DNA of 64,000 bases from Caldisericota bacterium. GTDB lineage: Bacteria; Caldisericota; JANLFM01. The stretch is taken from NCBI GenBank assembly GCA_024655965.1, contig JANLFL010000002.1:115129-179128 (forward strand), given 5' to 3'. The position numbers and the translations under genes are program-made. This document shows positions 18,737-28,120 of the stretch, piece by piece (the stretch's first letter is position 1; every line of letters begins with the position of its first letter). Under the pieces are notes generated by a model. The model was given only the letters and a program-made list of their open reading frames with translations. It did no database searches and was not told the origin of the DNA.

Positions 18737-20071
18737 TTAATTCTTTAAAGCGGTCAGGATGGATTCCCGGAGGATTTCAAGCCCTTTTTCAACCTCTTCC
18801 CGGTTGATGACCATCGCCGGAGTGAACCTGATTGCCGAAGTCCCGCAGGGGAGGAGGAGCAAGCCGTTTTTATAGCAGTTCTCGATCACTTTGTCCCGGA
18901 GCTCCCTGGCAGGGGTCTTGGTCTCCCGGTCCTTCACCAGTTCAATGGCCAGCATCAAGCCGAGCCCCCGGACATCGCCCACTTCCTCAATATCCGCCAT
19001 CAAATCCATCAGGCCTTTCTTGAAGAGGTCGCCCATCCTCCTGGTATTCTCGAGGAGCTTCTCCTCCTCGATTGCTTCGATGGTGGCGAGGGCGGCAACT
19101 GCGGAAATGGGGTTCCCTCCGAAGGTGTTGGAATGCCTGCCCTGAACCGGGAAGTCGAGCTCGCTATTGAACACCGTGGCTCCCATGGGAAGGCCGGAGG
19201 CCATAGCTTTTCCCAGATTAATCACGTCGGGGACCACCCCGAAATGCTGGATGGCGAACATCTCACCGGTCTTTCCAAACCCGGACTGCACCTCGTCAGC
19301 CACGAAGAGGATATCGTACTTCTCGCATATTTTCTTGATTTTCTGGACGAAACCCACTGGGGGAACTACATAACCCCCTTCGCCCTGCACGGGTTCCATG
19401 AAAACCGCGGCTACCTCCTCGGGGGGCAATACCGATTTAAAGTAAAGGTCCTCAAGAATCTGGGCGCACCAGAAATTGCAGGTCTCTGGTTTCATCTTGT
19501 AGGCACATCGATAACAATAGGCGAAGGGGAGATGGGTCACCCCGGGCATCATGGGGAAAAACGATTCCCGTTGGACGACCTTGGAGGCGGTTAAGGCCAG
19601 AGCGCCCATGGTCCTTCCGTGGAATGCACCGAGGAATGCCACGAACTGCTTTTTTCCCGTGGCTGAACGGGAAAGCTTCAGGGCGGCCTCGTTCGCCTCC
19701 GCCCCCGAGTTGGAGAGAAAGACCTTTTTGGGAAAGTCCCCGGGGGTAATCTGGCAAAGCTTCTGAGCGATCCGGCTTTGGACCTCGTAATAGAAATCCG
19801 GGCCATTAAAGAAGAGGAATTTCTCCGCTTGCTCTTGAATCGCCCGGACCACTCGAGGGTGAGAGTGTCCTGTTCCGGCAACCATGCCGTTTGTAAAATC
19901 CAGGAAAAGGTTTCCGTCAAGGTCTTCGAACCTTACCCCCCTCCCCCATTTAATCGCCACCGGAGAACCTTTGGTCCCGGTGGCTAGGTACGTTTCATCA
20001 AGGGAAACGATCCTTTTTGTCTCTTCTCCGGGAACGGGTACGCGGATTTTTGGCCCTTCTGTCAAGCGCAT
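18737..20071 (-). CDS. Class III PLP aminotransferase, archaeal-type ornithine/acetylornithine aminotransferase
   Basis: NSGAEANE, FHGRT, EPVQGEGGY, DEVQSG.G.TG, GKA and HSNTFGGN motifs. Confidence 0.85.
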   Translation of the reverse strand: MRLTEGPKIRVPVPGEETKRIVSLDETYLATGTKGSPVAIKWGRGVRFEDLDGNLFLDFTNGMVAGTGHSHPRVVRAIQEQAEKFLFFNGPDFYYEVQSRIAQKLCQITPGDFPKKVFLSNSGAEANEAALKLSRSATGKKQFVAFLGAFHGRTMGALALTASKVVQRESFFPMMPGVTHLPFAYCYRCAYKMKPETCNFWCAQILEDLYFKSVLPPEEVAAVFMEPVQGEGGYVVPPVGFVQKIKKICEKYDILFVADEVQSGFGKTGEMFAIQHFGVVPDVINLGKAMASGLPMGATVFNSELDFPVQGRHSNTFGGNPISAVAALATIEAIEEEKLLENTRRMGDLFKKGLMDLMADIEEVGDVRGLGLMLAIELVKDRETKTPARELRDKVIENCYKNGLLLLPCGTSAIRFTPAMVINREEVEKGLEILRESILTALKN

Positions 20072-20192
20072 TATTTCCTCCTACGGAATTAGTCTCAACT
20101 GCCCCCAAATTTATCATCAAAACGGGAAAAAAACAAGATTAATCCTTAATGAAAGCCATCAACTGCACTTTATAAGGTTTCCATCCCCAAAT

Positions 20193-20221
20193 AAAAAAAG
20201 GGCCCTTAAGGGCCCCTTTTT
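20193..20221 (-). terminator. Intrinsic terminator after rplM-rpsI
   Basis: Minus strand GGGCCC-TTAA-GGGCCC followed by T7, directly after the rpsI stop. Confidence 0.8.
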
Positions 20222-20228
20222 AAGTCAA

Positions 20229-20624
20229 TTAACGCTTGCGATACTGGGAAGCTTTTCGGGCTCGCTTCAGCCCGTATTTCTTTCTTTCCTTCTCCCGGGG
20301 ATCACGGGTTAAAAGACCCGCTTTCTTCAACACGGAATGGAATTCGGGATTATGTTCAATCAGGGCCCGGCTTACCGCATGGCGAACCGCTCCAGCCTGG
20401 CCGGAGACCCCGCCCCCTTCAACCTGGACCTTGATGTCCAACTGCCCCAAAGTCCCGGTAAGGGTCAAAGGTTGTTTGACCATATCAACCAGGGTGGGGC
20501 GACGGAAATATTCTTCGGGGGTTTTTCCGTTGACCAGAAAGACACCTTTTCCGGGAGCAAGGAAAGCCCTGGCAATCGCTGTCTTCCTACTTCCTGAGGC
20601 GTGTGTTTTTAAAACTCCTTCCAA
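20229..20624 (-). CDS. rpsI: 30S ribosomal protein S9
   Basis: GGG.SGQAGAVRH, LTRDPR.KERKKYGLK.ARKA.Q..KR. Confidence 0.97.
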   Translation of the reverse strand: MEGVLKTHASGSRKTAIARAFLAPGKGVFLVNGKTPEEYFRRPTLVDMVKQPLTLTGTLGQLDIKVQVEGGGVSGQAGAVRHAVSRALIEHNPEFHSVLKKAGLLTRDPREKERKKYGLKRARKASQYRKR

Positions 20625-20633
20625 TTCTTCCTC

Positions 20634-21059
20634 CTATTCTAAAGGCTGCGGATTCTGAGCCTGGTGAGGATGTTCACCTTCGGGATAAACCTTCAGCTTC
20701 TTGAACATCTTCCGCCCGAGGGCGTTCTTGGGGAGCATAAGGCGCACCGCATGCTCAATAACCCTCTCCGGGTGTTTATCCAGCATCTCTTGGAGCGTCC
20801 GCTTTTTCAAGCCACCAGGATACCCCGAATAATGATAATAAATCTGTTCCTCGAGTTTGGCCCCAGTGGTCCTCACATAACGAGCGTTCGTGACCACCAC
20901 GTAATCTCCTAAATCAAGAAAAGGGGTGTACTGCGGTTTGTGCTTGCCCATTAAAATTCTGGCAATCTTCGAGGCAAGGCGGCCGAGGGTCTTTCCCCGG
21001 GCGTCCACCACGAACCATCGGCGATTAATTTCATCCTCTTTGGGAATATAAGTCTTCAT
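20634..21059 (-). CDS. rplM: 50S ribosomal protein L13
   Basis: [40 protein letters not shown]. Confidence 0.97.
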   Translation of the reverse strand: MKTYIPKEDEINRRWFVVDARGKTLGRLASKIARILMGKHKPQYTPFLDLGDYVVVTNARYVRTTGAKLEEQIYYHYSGYPGGLKKRTLQEMLDKHPERVIEHAVRLMLPKNALGRKMFKKLKVYPEGEHPHQAQNPQPLE

Positions 21060-21095
21060 CGAATTCCTCCATAATAGTTCCCTGAAACGGGGAAA

Positions 21096-21124
21096 ATTTT
21101 ATAGGAAACGGGGAAAGGTGTCAA
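21096..21124 (-). promoter_or_regulatory. Sigma70-type promoter of rplM-rpsI
   Basis: Minus strand TTGACA-N17-TAAAAT, about 37 nt upstream of the rplM ATG. Confidence 0.75.
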
Positions 21125-21256
21125 ATAATCTAAAAAGCCAAGGGTCTTGGCCAAAAAATGAATTACCCCGGATGGCTGAAAACCTGACACCCCTCCCTTA
21201 TATAGGGAGGACGGAAAAATTTTTAGTCCTTTCCTTCTCAAGCCCGGTTTAGGGCC

Positions 21257-23335
21257 TTATCCCCCCATCATCCAGTAGGATATCAGGCGGGCCAGGAAGA
21301 CCGAGGTTTGAGCCCGGGTTGCCGGGTGGTTGAACTTCACGATCGAGTTTTCCCCCGCCCCGGGACCGGGGATGGTGATCTGGGGGTAATCGGGGAAGCA
21401 GATGATCCCGTTTTGCTCCGCGGCGCCCACGTACCTGAAGAACCAGTCCCCGGAATCGATGAAGCGCAGGGAGTCGCCCTCGGGAACGAGGATTTTCAAA
21501 GAGGGGTCCTGGAGAGGGAAGCCTCCCGCCCGGACGATCACCGTAAGGACCTCGGCGATGGTGATATTCCCCTGGGGTTTGAAGCTCCCATCCGGATAAC
21601 CCACCACCAGGCCCTGCTTGACGGCTCCCTCCACATAGGGGTAGAACCATTCCTCCCTGGGGACATCGGGGAAGGTGGGGCTATCGGGATACTCCGGGGC
21701 ATAGTCGCAGGTAAGGAGGATCATCTTGGCGAATTCCGCTCTGGTGACGGGGTTCTCCGGCCTGAAGGTGCCATCGGGGTAGCCGTTGACGATCCCTTCC
21801 TGAACGAGGTTCCTGATTTCCGGGAAGGCCCAGTAATCCGAGGGGACATCGGAAAAGACCCCACCGGAGGTTCCAATGAGAACAGCGTGGGACACAATCT
21901 GGCAAAGGACTTCCATATCTGTGGAAAGGAGGGAAAGCTTAATCACTGCCCTCCCCGTTTCCTGTGGTGTCCAGGAGACTGACCCTGTGTCCTGGCCCTC
22001 AGCGATTACCTGGAAGGGCCCATCGTTTAAAGAAACTTCAATTCGAATTAAATAAACCTCCTGAGGGGGATTGGAGGTTCTCCACTTGATTTCCAGAGGC
22101 TCACCCAAGGGAATCGTTTCTCCTCCTCGAGGCTGAAGAAGCTCAAGGGAGGGAGGTTGAGGGGTGCCGAAGGCATATAGGTCCCCGTTCTCATCGAAAA
22201 TATAAAGGGTTCCATCGGGGCCAATCGCTGGAAAGGCTGGAAAGCTTGAAATCTCTCCCCCGGTCTCGACAGACCAGAGGAGGGAACCGTCCGGGCGCAG
22301 GGCGTACACTTTTCCATCACCGGAGCCAAAAAAGAGGTTCCCTTGGTTGTCAACGGCAGGGGGACACCTGAGCTCACCTGTTGTCTGAAAACGCCACTTT
22401 ATGCTTCCGTCATTGGGATCAAGGGCATAGACAACCCCCATTATACTGCTAACATAAAGGGTTCCATCCGGGGCAAAGACAGGGGGATGAAAGGAATAAA
22501 CAGAACTCTTGGACCATTTTTCCCTACCCTGGGGGTCTAATGCACGGAGTACTCCTGCAAGGTCGAAAAAATAAATTGTCCCATCCTCCCCAATGGAAGG
22601 GTTGAACCCTGATTCAATCAAAATGAAACTATCTCCGGGGGGCTCGAGGGGGTATTTCCATTCTATCCCTCTCGAGGGGTGAACCGCGTAAAGGAACCGA
22701 TCTTGGGAGACGAAGTAAAAAGTCCCATCCTCGCCTACGGCTGGAGACCCCCAAATGGGACCCCCAGTGGGAACATAAGATAGGACTTCACCCTGGTTAT
22801 TCAGGCGGTAACAATTCCCATCAGAGGAGCCCACCAAAATGAAGTCCTTCCAGACAGTTGGAAAAAAGAAACCCCCCTCTTTTTCAAAAAACCAGGCCTC
22901 CGTTCCGTCTGGGTTAATGGCGACAATTCGCTCAAAATGCCCGCCACCAGAAGGGCAAATTGCGAAAACAACCTTTCCGTCAGAGAGGACTGTTGGAAAA
23001 CTGAACCCCTGCCAAAAGGAGGAGGGGATGGAGTAGGTCCACTTCAAAGTACCATCCTGGTTGATGGCGTAAAGGTCATTTCTGGTCAAAAAGTATATCG
23101 TCCCATCTCTGGCGATTGAGGGACCTGCGGGGAATTGTACCTGGCCCAAGGGAAAAACCCACTTTATTTGGGATGAGCTTGGGCCCGAATACTGACTCCT
23201 CCCGGTATGTTGGGGATTCGCCATATACATCGCCCAAGGATGGTCGGAACTTGCCGCCCTTGGGCCCTCAGAAGGAAGGGGAATGAGGGCAAGGGAAAGA
23301 AAGAGGAAAAGGATTAGCATTTTCTTCATCTTCAA
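21257..23335 (-). CDS. Surface protein: PQQ-like beta-propeller, Ig-like domain and C-terminal SLH triplet
   Basis: Signal peptide, WAMY.ANPQHTGRS, repeated P.I..DGT.Y...LYA...G..KW blades, SLH FSDVP.DYWA...GYPDGTFRPE..VTRAEFA. Confidence 0.85.
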   Translation of the reverse strand: MKMKKMLILFLFLSLALIPLPSEGPRAASSDHPWAMYMANPQHTGRSQYSGPSSSQIKWVFPLGQVQFPAGPSIARDGTIYFLTRNDLYAINQDGTLKWTYSIPSSFWQGFSFPTVLSDGKVVFAICPSGGGHFERIVAINPDGTEAWFFEKEGGFFFPTVWKDFILVGSSDGNCYRLNNQGEVLSYVPTGGPIWGSPAVGEDGTFYFVSQDRFLYAVHPSRGIEWKYPLEPPGDSFILIESGFNPSIGEDGTIYFFDLAGVLRALDPQGREKWSKSSVYSFHPPVFAPDGTLYVSSIMGVVYALDPNDGSIKWRFQTTGELRCPPAVDNQGNLFFGSGDGKVYALRPDGSLLWSVETGGEISSFPAFPAIGPDGTLYIFDENGDLYAFGTPQPPSLELLQPRGGETIPLGEPLEIKWRTSNPPQEVYLIRIEVSLNDGPFQVIAEGQDTGSVSWTPQETGRAVIKLSLLSTDMEVLCQIVSHAVLIGTSGGVFSDVPSDYWAFPEIRNLVQEGIVNGYPDGTFRPENPVTRAEFAKMILLTCDYAPEYPDSPTFPDVPREEWFYPYVEGAVKQGLVVGYPDGSFKPQGNITIAEVLTVIVRAGGFPLQDPSLKILVPEGDSLRFIDSGDWFFRYVGAAEQNGIICFPDYPQITIPGPGAGENSIVKFNHPATRAQTSVFLARLISYWMMGG

Positions 23336-23704
23336 TCTCCTTTTTCTTCAGGCGGAGGAAAAAGATGGAAAAAAGTTTAAGTCCGGTTTGCCTCGTTCGC
23401 GCCCCAAAATTGATTATATATTAAATTCAAAACCCGGCCCCGTCAAAAAATAATTTCCCAATTTTAAATTCAGATTAAATGGTCCTCTCCTGGTAAAAAA
23501 ATCAAAGCCACGAAATTTCCCCTCCAATTCCTTGGTTCCAGAACTTTTGGAGACAAAAAGGGGATTAAAGACAGAAAAGCAAGGATTGGGAATGAAGGAA
23601 TAAAGAATTTCCCTTTTCTCCCAAGGAGGAGGATCTTAAAGCCTTTCCGGAAAAATTCCCTGAGGAATTCCCTGGAAAATGGTCGGGGATGGGGAAACCT
23701 TTTC

Positions 23705-25174
23705 CTAAATCAACCCCGTCCGGGAGTTAAATTCCGTAATCAGCCTGTCCCATTCCGGTACCTGGGAGAAGACCTCCTCCCAGAAGTCCGGGGACCAGAG
23801 GTGGTTCAGCTCTTCCACGGTCTTTCCCTGCTGTTCCACCCAGGTGAAGTACTTCAGGTTGTGGAGGGCTTTTCTGTCCCAGTATCCCAGTTCCTTGATC
23901 CAATCAGTTTTTATTCCCTGAAGAAAATGGTGAAAATCAACGAGGGCATCCCTTTCGGAATATTCCCCTCTCTCCTCCCGGAGCTCCTTTATTCGGGAAA
24001 GGTACATTTCCGCAGAGTCAGTGAAGATGGTGAAAACGATGTCCCTTTCATCGAGTTCAAAAAACCTGGCAAGTTTTATTGAACTGATCAGGTTAGATAT
24101 CGAGGAAATGCCCAGCAAGGGAAGGGAGGCGACAACATGTTCAGGAACACCTTCCTTGATCAGAAGCTCCTTCCCTTTTTCCTCGTTAAAAAGCCGAAGG
24201 AGACGCATGGGATATTCATCATCAATGGCGATCACCACATCGGTGTTCCGGACATTATGAATCCAGGGGACGTGCTTGTCCCCGATTCCCTCGATCCTGT
24301 GGGCGCCAAACCCGTTAAGGAATAAAGTAGGGCATTGCAGGGCTTCGCTGGCCCCAACCTTGAGAAGGGGAAACTTCTTCCGGAGGTAATCCCCAGCGCC
24401 GATCGTCCCGGCGGAACCGGTGGCTGAGACGTAAGCGGCAAATCGGGACCGGGGGGATTTTAACTTTTCGAATACCTCCTCGATCGCCGGTCCAGTGATT
24501 TCGTAATGCCAGATGCAGTTTCCGAACTCGTCGAACTGATTGAAAATTACGATCTGGTTCCCTCTTTCCCTTTTCAGTTCCCAGCACTTGTCATAAATTT
24601 CCTTGACATTGGACTCGCTCCCCGGAGTGGCAATGATCTCCTTCGTCCCGATCTCCCTGAGCCAGTCGAACCTTTCCCTGCTCATTTCCTCGGGGAGGAT
24701 GGCGATAGCGTCGCAGGCAAGAAGGGCGCAGTCGAAAGCCCCACCACGACAATAGTTCCCGGTGGAGGGCCAAACAGCCTTCTGGCTGGTTGGGTCGAAT
24801 TGCCCGGTAACCAGGCGGGGTACGAGGCACCCAAAGGCGGCCCCAACTTTATGGGCGCCGGTAGGAAAGTACTTTCCGATTAATCCCACGATCCGGGCCT
24901 TGACCCCGGTCAAGGAGGAGGGGAGTTCAATGAAATTCACACCGTTAAACAGCCCGGTTTTAATGTCATTTTTCCAGGTTATGCGGAAAAGGTTCAGGGG
25001 ATGGACATCCCAAAGACCGATCGAGGGGAGTTTTTCCTGGATTTTTGGGGGAATGAGTTCAGGGTCCCGCTGTTGGGCGAAAGTGGGAATGATGATCCCC
25101 CGTTCCCGGCACCGTTTGACTGTCTTTTCAAGGACTTCAGGGTTAATTTCCAGGGGTTTTATGAATTTGGTCAA
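23705..25174 (-). CDS. Fold-type II PLP-dependent enzyme (PALP / cysteine-synthase-like), substrate unknown
   Basis: PTGAHKVG (PLP lysine), STGNY, NQF, TGSAGT and HRIEGIG motifs; AAGGAG RBS with TTG start. Confidence 0.8.
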   Translation of the reverse strand: MTKFIKPLEINPEVLEKTVKRCRERGIIIPTFAQQRDPELIPPKIQEKLPSIGLWDVHPLNLFRITWKNDIKTGLFNGVNFIELPSSLTGVKARIVGLIGKYFPTGAHKVGAAFGCLVPRLVTGQFDPTSQKAVWPSTGNYCRGGAFDCALLACDAIAILPEEMSRERFDWLREIGTKEIIATPGSESNVKEIYDKCWELKRERGNQIVIFNQFDEFGNCIWHYEITGPAIEEVFEKLKSPRSRFAAYVSATGSAGTIGAGDYLRKKFPLLKVGASEALQCPTLFLNGFGAHRIEGIGDKHVPWIHNVRNTDVVIAIDDEYPMRLLRLFNEEKGKELLIKEGVPEHVVASLPLLGISSISNLISSIKLARFFELDERDIVFTIFTDSAEMYLSRIKELREERGEYSERDALVDFHHFLQGIKTDWIKELGYWDRKALHNLKYFTWVEQQGKTVEELNHLWSPDFWEEVFSQVPEWDRLITEFNSRTGLI

Positions 25175-25241
25175 TTTTCTGGCTCCTTAAAAATATGTCT
25201 GACAATTGGGAATATGCCAAAAAGCCTAGTCCCTGTCAATA

Positions 25242-26342
25242 TTAGGACAAAAAAGCCCTTTCCTTTGCTCCAAAGCGAGAGGCAATTTCCTTAAGTTCTT
25301 CTCTGTGAGCGAAAAGGGCGCATGGGGATCCCTCGGTTTCCAGAAGCCCATCCTGTTTTCTGATTTCCCGAAAGAAATCTCCGGAAAGTGCCTCTCGAAG
25401 AGGCGTTTCCAGGAGGTTATGTTGGGCAAGGGAGGATACCGGGCAGGGAGTGAGGAAACCGCTGGGGGTCACATGGGCGAACCCCTTTCCCGCGGAAACG
25501 CAGCCCCCAACGAGCTCTTCATCCCCCGGGGAATGAATGAGGAACATCCTTTTCTTCTGCCGATATTCCAGCACCTTCTCTCGGAACTGGGCCCGCTCTT
25601 CTTGAGAAAGCGTTTCTCCCTCTTCTTGATTGTTGGGAATGTACTCCATGAGAAAGCCCAGATGGATCCCCTCGGCGATCAAAGAGTCAATATGGGCCTC
25701 CTCCATCCAGTAGCGGAAGTTTCTGCGTGTGATTGTAACGGAGACGCCCGCAAGCGTTCCTCCAAGGATCAGTCCGGCCTTCGTATCCATCACCCTTCTG
25801 TAGACTCCCCTGCCACGGCGGAAATCGGTTTCCTCTTCGCCGCCCTCGAGGCTCAAAATTACTGCCACGTTGTTCAGCTTCCTCAGCACCGCCTGATGCT
25901 CCCTGGAAATCGCCACACCATTGGTAAAAACAAGGAAAAAATTCCCGGGAAATTCTTCGATCAAGTTCAGAATTCCGGGGTGCAGAAATGGCTCCCCGCC
26001 AGCCAGGAGAAAGAAAAAGACTCCTAATTCCCTGGCTTCTTTGATGATTTTCCGCCACTCCTCTAAACCCAGATGGGGATGATAGGTTGGTTGGCCTTTC
26101 TTCATGGTCCCCACCCGAGCTGCGTAACAGCCTGTGCAGGCGAGATTGCATTCCTGGGTGATGCTCAAAATAAGCATGGGGGGGACGACAAGTCCCTCTC
26201 GAAGCAATCGCTTTCTCTTTTGAGTGGCCCTTCTAAAAGAGAAGAGGAAAGATGGGAGGTGGAAACAGTAGCGTGGGTTTTTCCAGAGCCAAAGGGAGAG
26301 AATCCCGAGGAGGGTCTTGATCCCAAAATTTTTTTGAAACAC
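25242..26342 (-). CDS. Radical SAM protein with a twitch/SPASM-like C-terminus
   Basis: CNLACTGC (CxxxCxxC), GGEP, FTNG, GC..AG...HV...G..TPC. Confidence 0.88.
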   Translation of the reverse strand: MFQKNFGIKTLLGILSLWLWKNPRYCFHLPSFLFSFRRATQKRKRLLREGLVVPPMLILSITQECNLACTGCYAARVGTMKKGQPTYHPHLGLEEWRKIIKEARELGVFFFLLAGGEPFLHPGILNLIEEFPGNFFLVFTNGVAISREHQAVLRKLNNVAVILSLEGGEEETDFRRGRGVYRRVMDTKAGLILGGTLAGVSVTITRRNFRYWMEEAHIDSLIAEGIHLGFLMEYIPNNQEEGETLSQEERAQFREKVLEYRQKKRMFLIHSPGDEELVGGCVSAGKGFAHVTPSGFLTPCPVSSLAQHNLLETPLREALSGDFFREIRKQDGLLETEGSPCALFAHREELKEIASRFGAKERAFLS

Positions 26343-26455
26343 CCCGTTTACCTTTCCGAATTTTGATTATTTATACCACCTCGATCTCGGAGAGTCCAAG
26401 AGAAAGCGAGCAACTCCTGGATTTCATTGAAAAAGCCTGGAACGGGAAGGGATAT

Positions 26456-26484
26456 TTGACAGGGTACCCTTTCCGGCTTAGTAT
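26456..26484 (+). promoter_or_regulatory. Sigma70-type promoter of the CDF gene
   Basis: TTGACA-N17-TAGTAT, which supports a start at GTG 26522 rather than 26363. Confidence 0.55.
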
Positions 26485-26521
26485 TGACCGCAATGCCCTT
26501 TTGGGCCCCCGAGAAATCCAA

Positions 26522-27457
26522 GTGAATACCAAAATAAATCTAAATCAAGCTAGTCGAGAAAAGAATAACGCTGCCCTGAGTTCGGTGATTGCCGCGGTGG
26601 GCCTTACCATGCTTAAGCTGGTAGTGGGCATCACCACGAACAGCTTAGGCATCCTGGCCGAGGCGGCTCATTCAGGACTGGACCTGGTGGCAGCTATCAT
26701 TACCCTGATTGCAGTCCGGATCTCAGATCGGCCTGCTGACGGGAATCACCGCTACGGACACGGAAAAGTAGAGAATTTATCCGCCCTTTTCGAAACCCTC
26801 CTGCTTTTTGCCACCTGTGTTTGGATCATTTTCGAATCTGTCCAACGCTTGTTTTTCCGACCCGCGGAAATTGACCCCAGCATCTGGGCTTTTCTGGTGA
26901 TGGGATTGTCCATCGGGGTCGACGTTTCCAGGTCCCGGATACTTTTCCGGGCAGCCCGCAAACACAACAGCCAAGCGCTTGAAGCCGATGCGCTTCATTT
27001 TTCCACCGACATCTGGAGCTCGAGCGTGGTTATTTTAGGCCTGGTCGGTGTAATTTTGGCTAAGACCTTTCCCGGGTTGGCCTTTTTAAAGCAAGCAGAC
27101 GCTGTAGCAGCGCTGATTGTTGCTGCTATTGTAGTCTACATAAGTTTTAAATTAGGCAAGCGAACGATCATGGCCCTTCTGGACACGGCTCCCCCAGGGA
27201 TAATTGAAAAGCTAAAAGCGGTTGTGCAAGGCACACCCAAAGTGCGCAATTGTCATCGAATTCGAGTTCGCCCGTCCGGAGCACATTACTTTGTAGACGT
27301 GCACATTCTGGTGGATAGCAAGGCAAGGATTGAAGAGGTTCATGCCATTACCGAGGCAGTGGAGCAGGCGGTTCACAGGGAACTGCCAGGAGCGGATGTC
27401 ACAGTCCACCCTGAACCGGATACCCCCGCTAACCGCCCCACTTCCTCGGAGTTGTAG
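26522..27457 (+). CDS. Cation diffusion facilitator (FieF-like)
   Basis: TM2 AHSGLD, HRYGHGK.E, TM5 HFSTD, C-terminal metal-binding/dimerisation domain (VDVH...H...VHPEP). Confidence 0.92.
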   Translation: MNTKINLNQASREKNNAALSSVIAAVGLTMLKLVVGITTNSLGILAEAAHSGLDLVAAIITLIAVRISDRPADGNHRYGHGKVENLSALFETLLLFATCVWIIFESVQRLFFRPAEIDPSIWAFLVMGLSIGVDVSRSRILFRAARKHNSQALEADALHFSTDIWSSSVVILGLVGVILAKTFPGLAFLKQADAVAALIVAAIVVYISFKLGKRTIMALLDTAPPGIIEKLKAVVQGTPKVRNCHRIRVRPSGAHYFVDVHILVDSKARIEEVHAITEAVEQAVHRELPGADVTVHPEPDTPANRPTSSEL

Positions 27458-27487
27458 GACCATTCGCCTTAACCTGATTAGTCCCAT

Positions 27488-28120
27488 CTATTCCAGAGGT
27501 ATCAGCCTCCTGCGCGAGATGGCCTCAAGACTGAATTTATAACCTTCCTCTTCCAGTAGCCGGAGCACTTCCTCTAAGCGAGCGCCTCCTAAAGGTGAGG
27601 AGACCAGCTCCATTTCAAGGAAATCAGATCCTGCCCTCAAAGCCCGGAGGAACTCCTTCAAATTTATTTGTTTCCTTATTTTGGGGGTGGAGCGCAGGGT
27701 ATAAAGTTCCTCCCTTTGAAGGAGTGCTTTTAAAAAGCCGGCCTCCGGGACCTTACCCCAGGTTCCCGAAAGGTACCAAAAAGAAAGAAAGGGGAAAGCC
27801 GTGAGCGCTTTATCCTTTTCCTCCACGAACCAGGCGTCCATAATTTCCAAACCGGGAGGAGAACAGGCTTTTAACCTGAGAAGGCGATCGAAAGCTGGCT
27901 CTTTTTCAAAAAATATATCCAAAAGTTCCTCCTCCCCTGTCGCTCCCACGGGCAAGGCGGGTCCCATGGAAATCATGGGGCGGGGGTGGAAGCCCTGGCT
28001 AAATTCAACTTCAATTTCTGCCCGGCGCACGAGCCGGGAAAAGGCCCTCCAGATATCCAAGTGGGAAAGGAAGGCAATTTCCTTACCCTTCTTATAACGG
28101 ATGCGCACCCTTTTACTCAT
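27488..28120 (-). CDS. Radical SAM-linked protein (DUF2344 / TIGR03936)
   Basis: R.RY.K.....FLSHLD..R...R..RRA.....FSQGFHP.P..S.GPALPVG; follows the TIGR03960-type gene. Confidence 0.85.
   Translation of the reverse strand: MSKRVRIRYKKGKEIAFLSHLDIWRAFSRLVRRAEIEVEFSQGFHPRPMISMGPALPVGATGEEELLDIFFEKEPAFDRLLRLKACSPPGLEIMDAWFVEEKDKALTAFPFLSFWYLSGTWGKVPEAGFLKALLQREELYTLRSTPKIRKQINLKEFLRALRAGSDFLEMELVSSPLGGARLEEVLRLLEEEGYKFSLEAISRRRLIPLE

Noticed and set aside
23340-23700. Long intergenic region with GGCAAACC on the minus strand, resembling the start of a c-di-GMP-I riboswitch
   Set aside because: The GNRA tetraloop, receptor and second stem are not present; no convincing structure.
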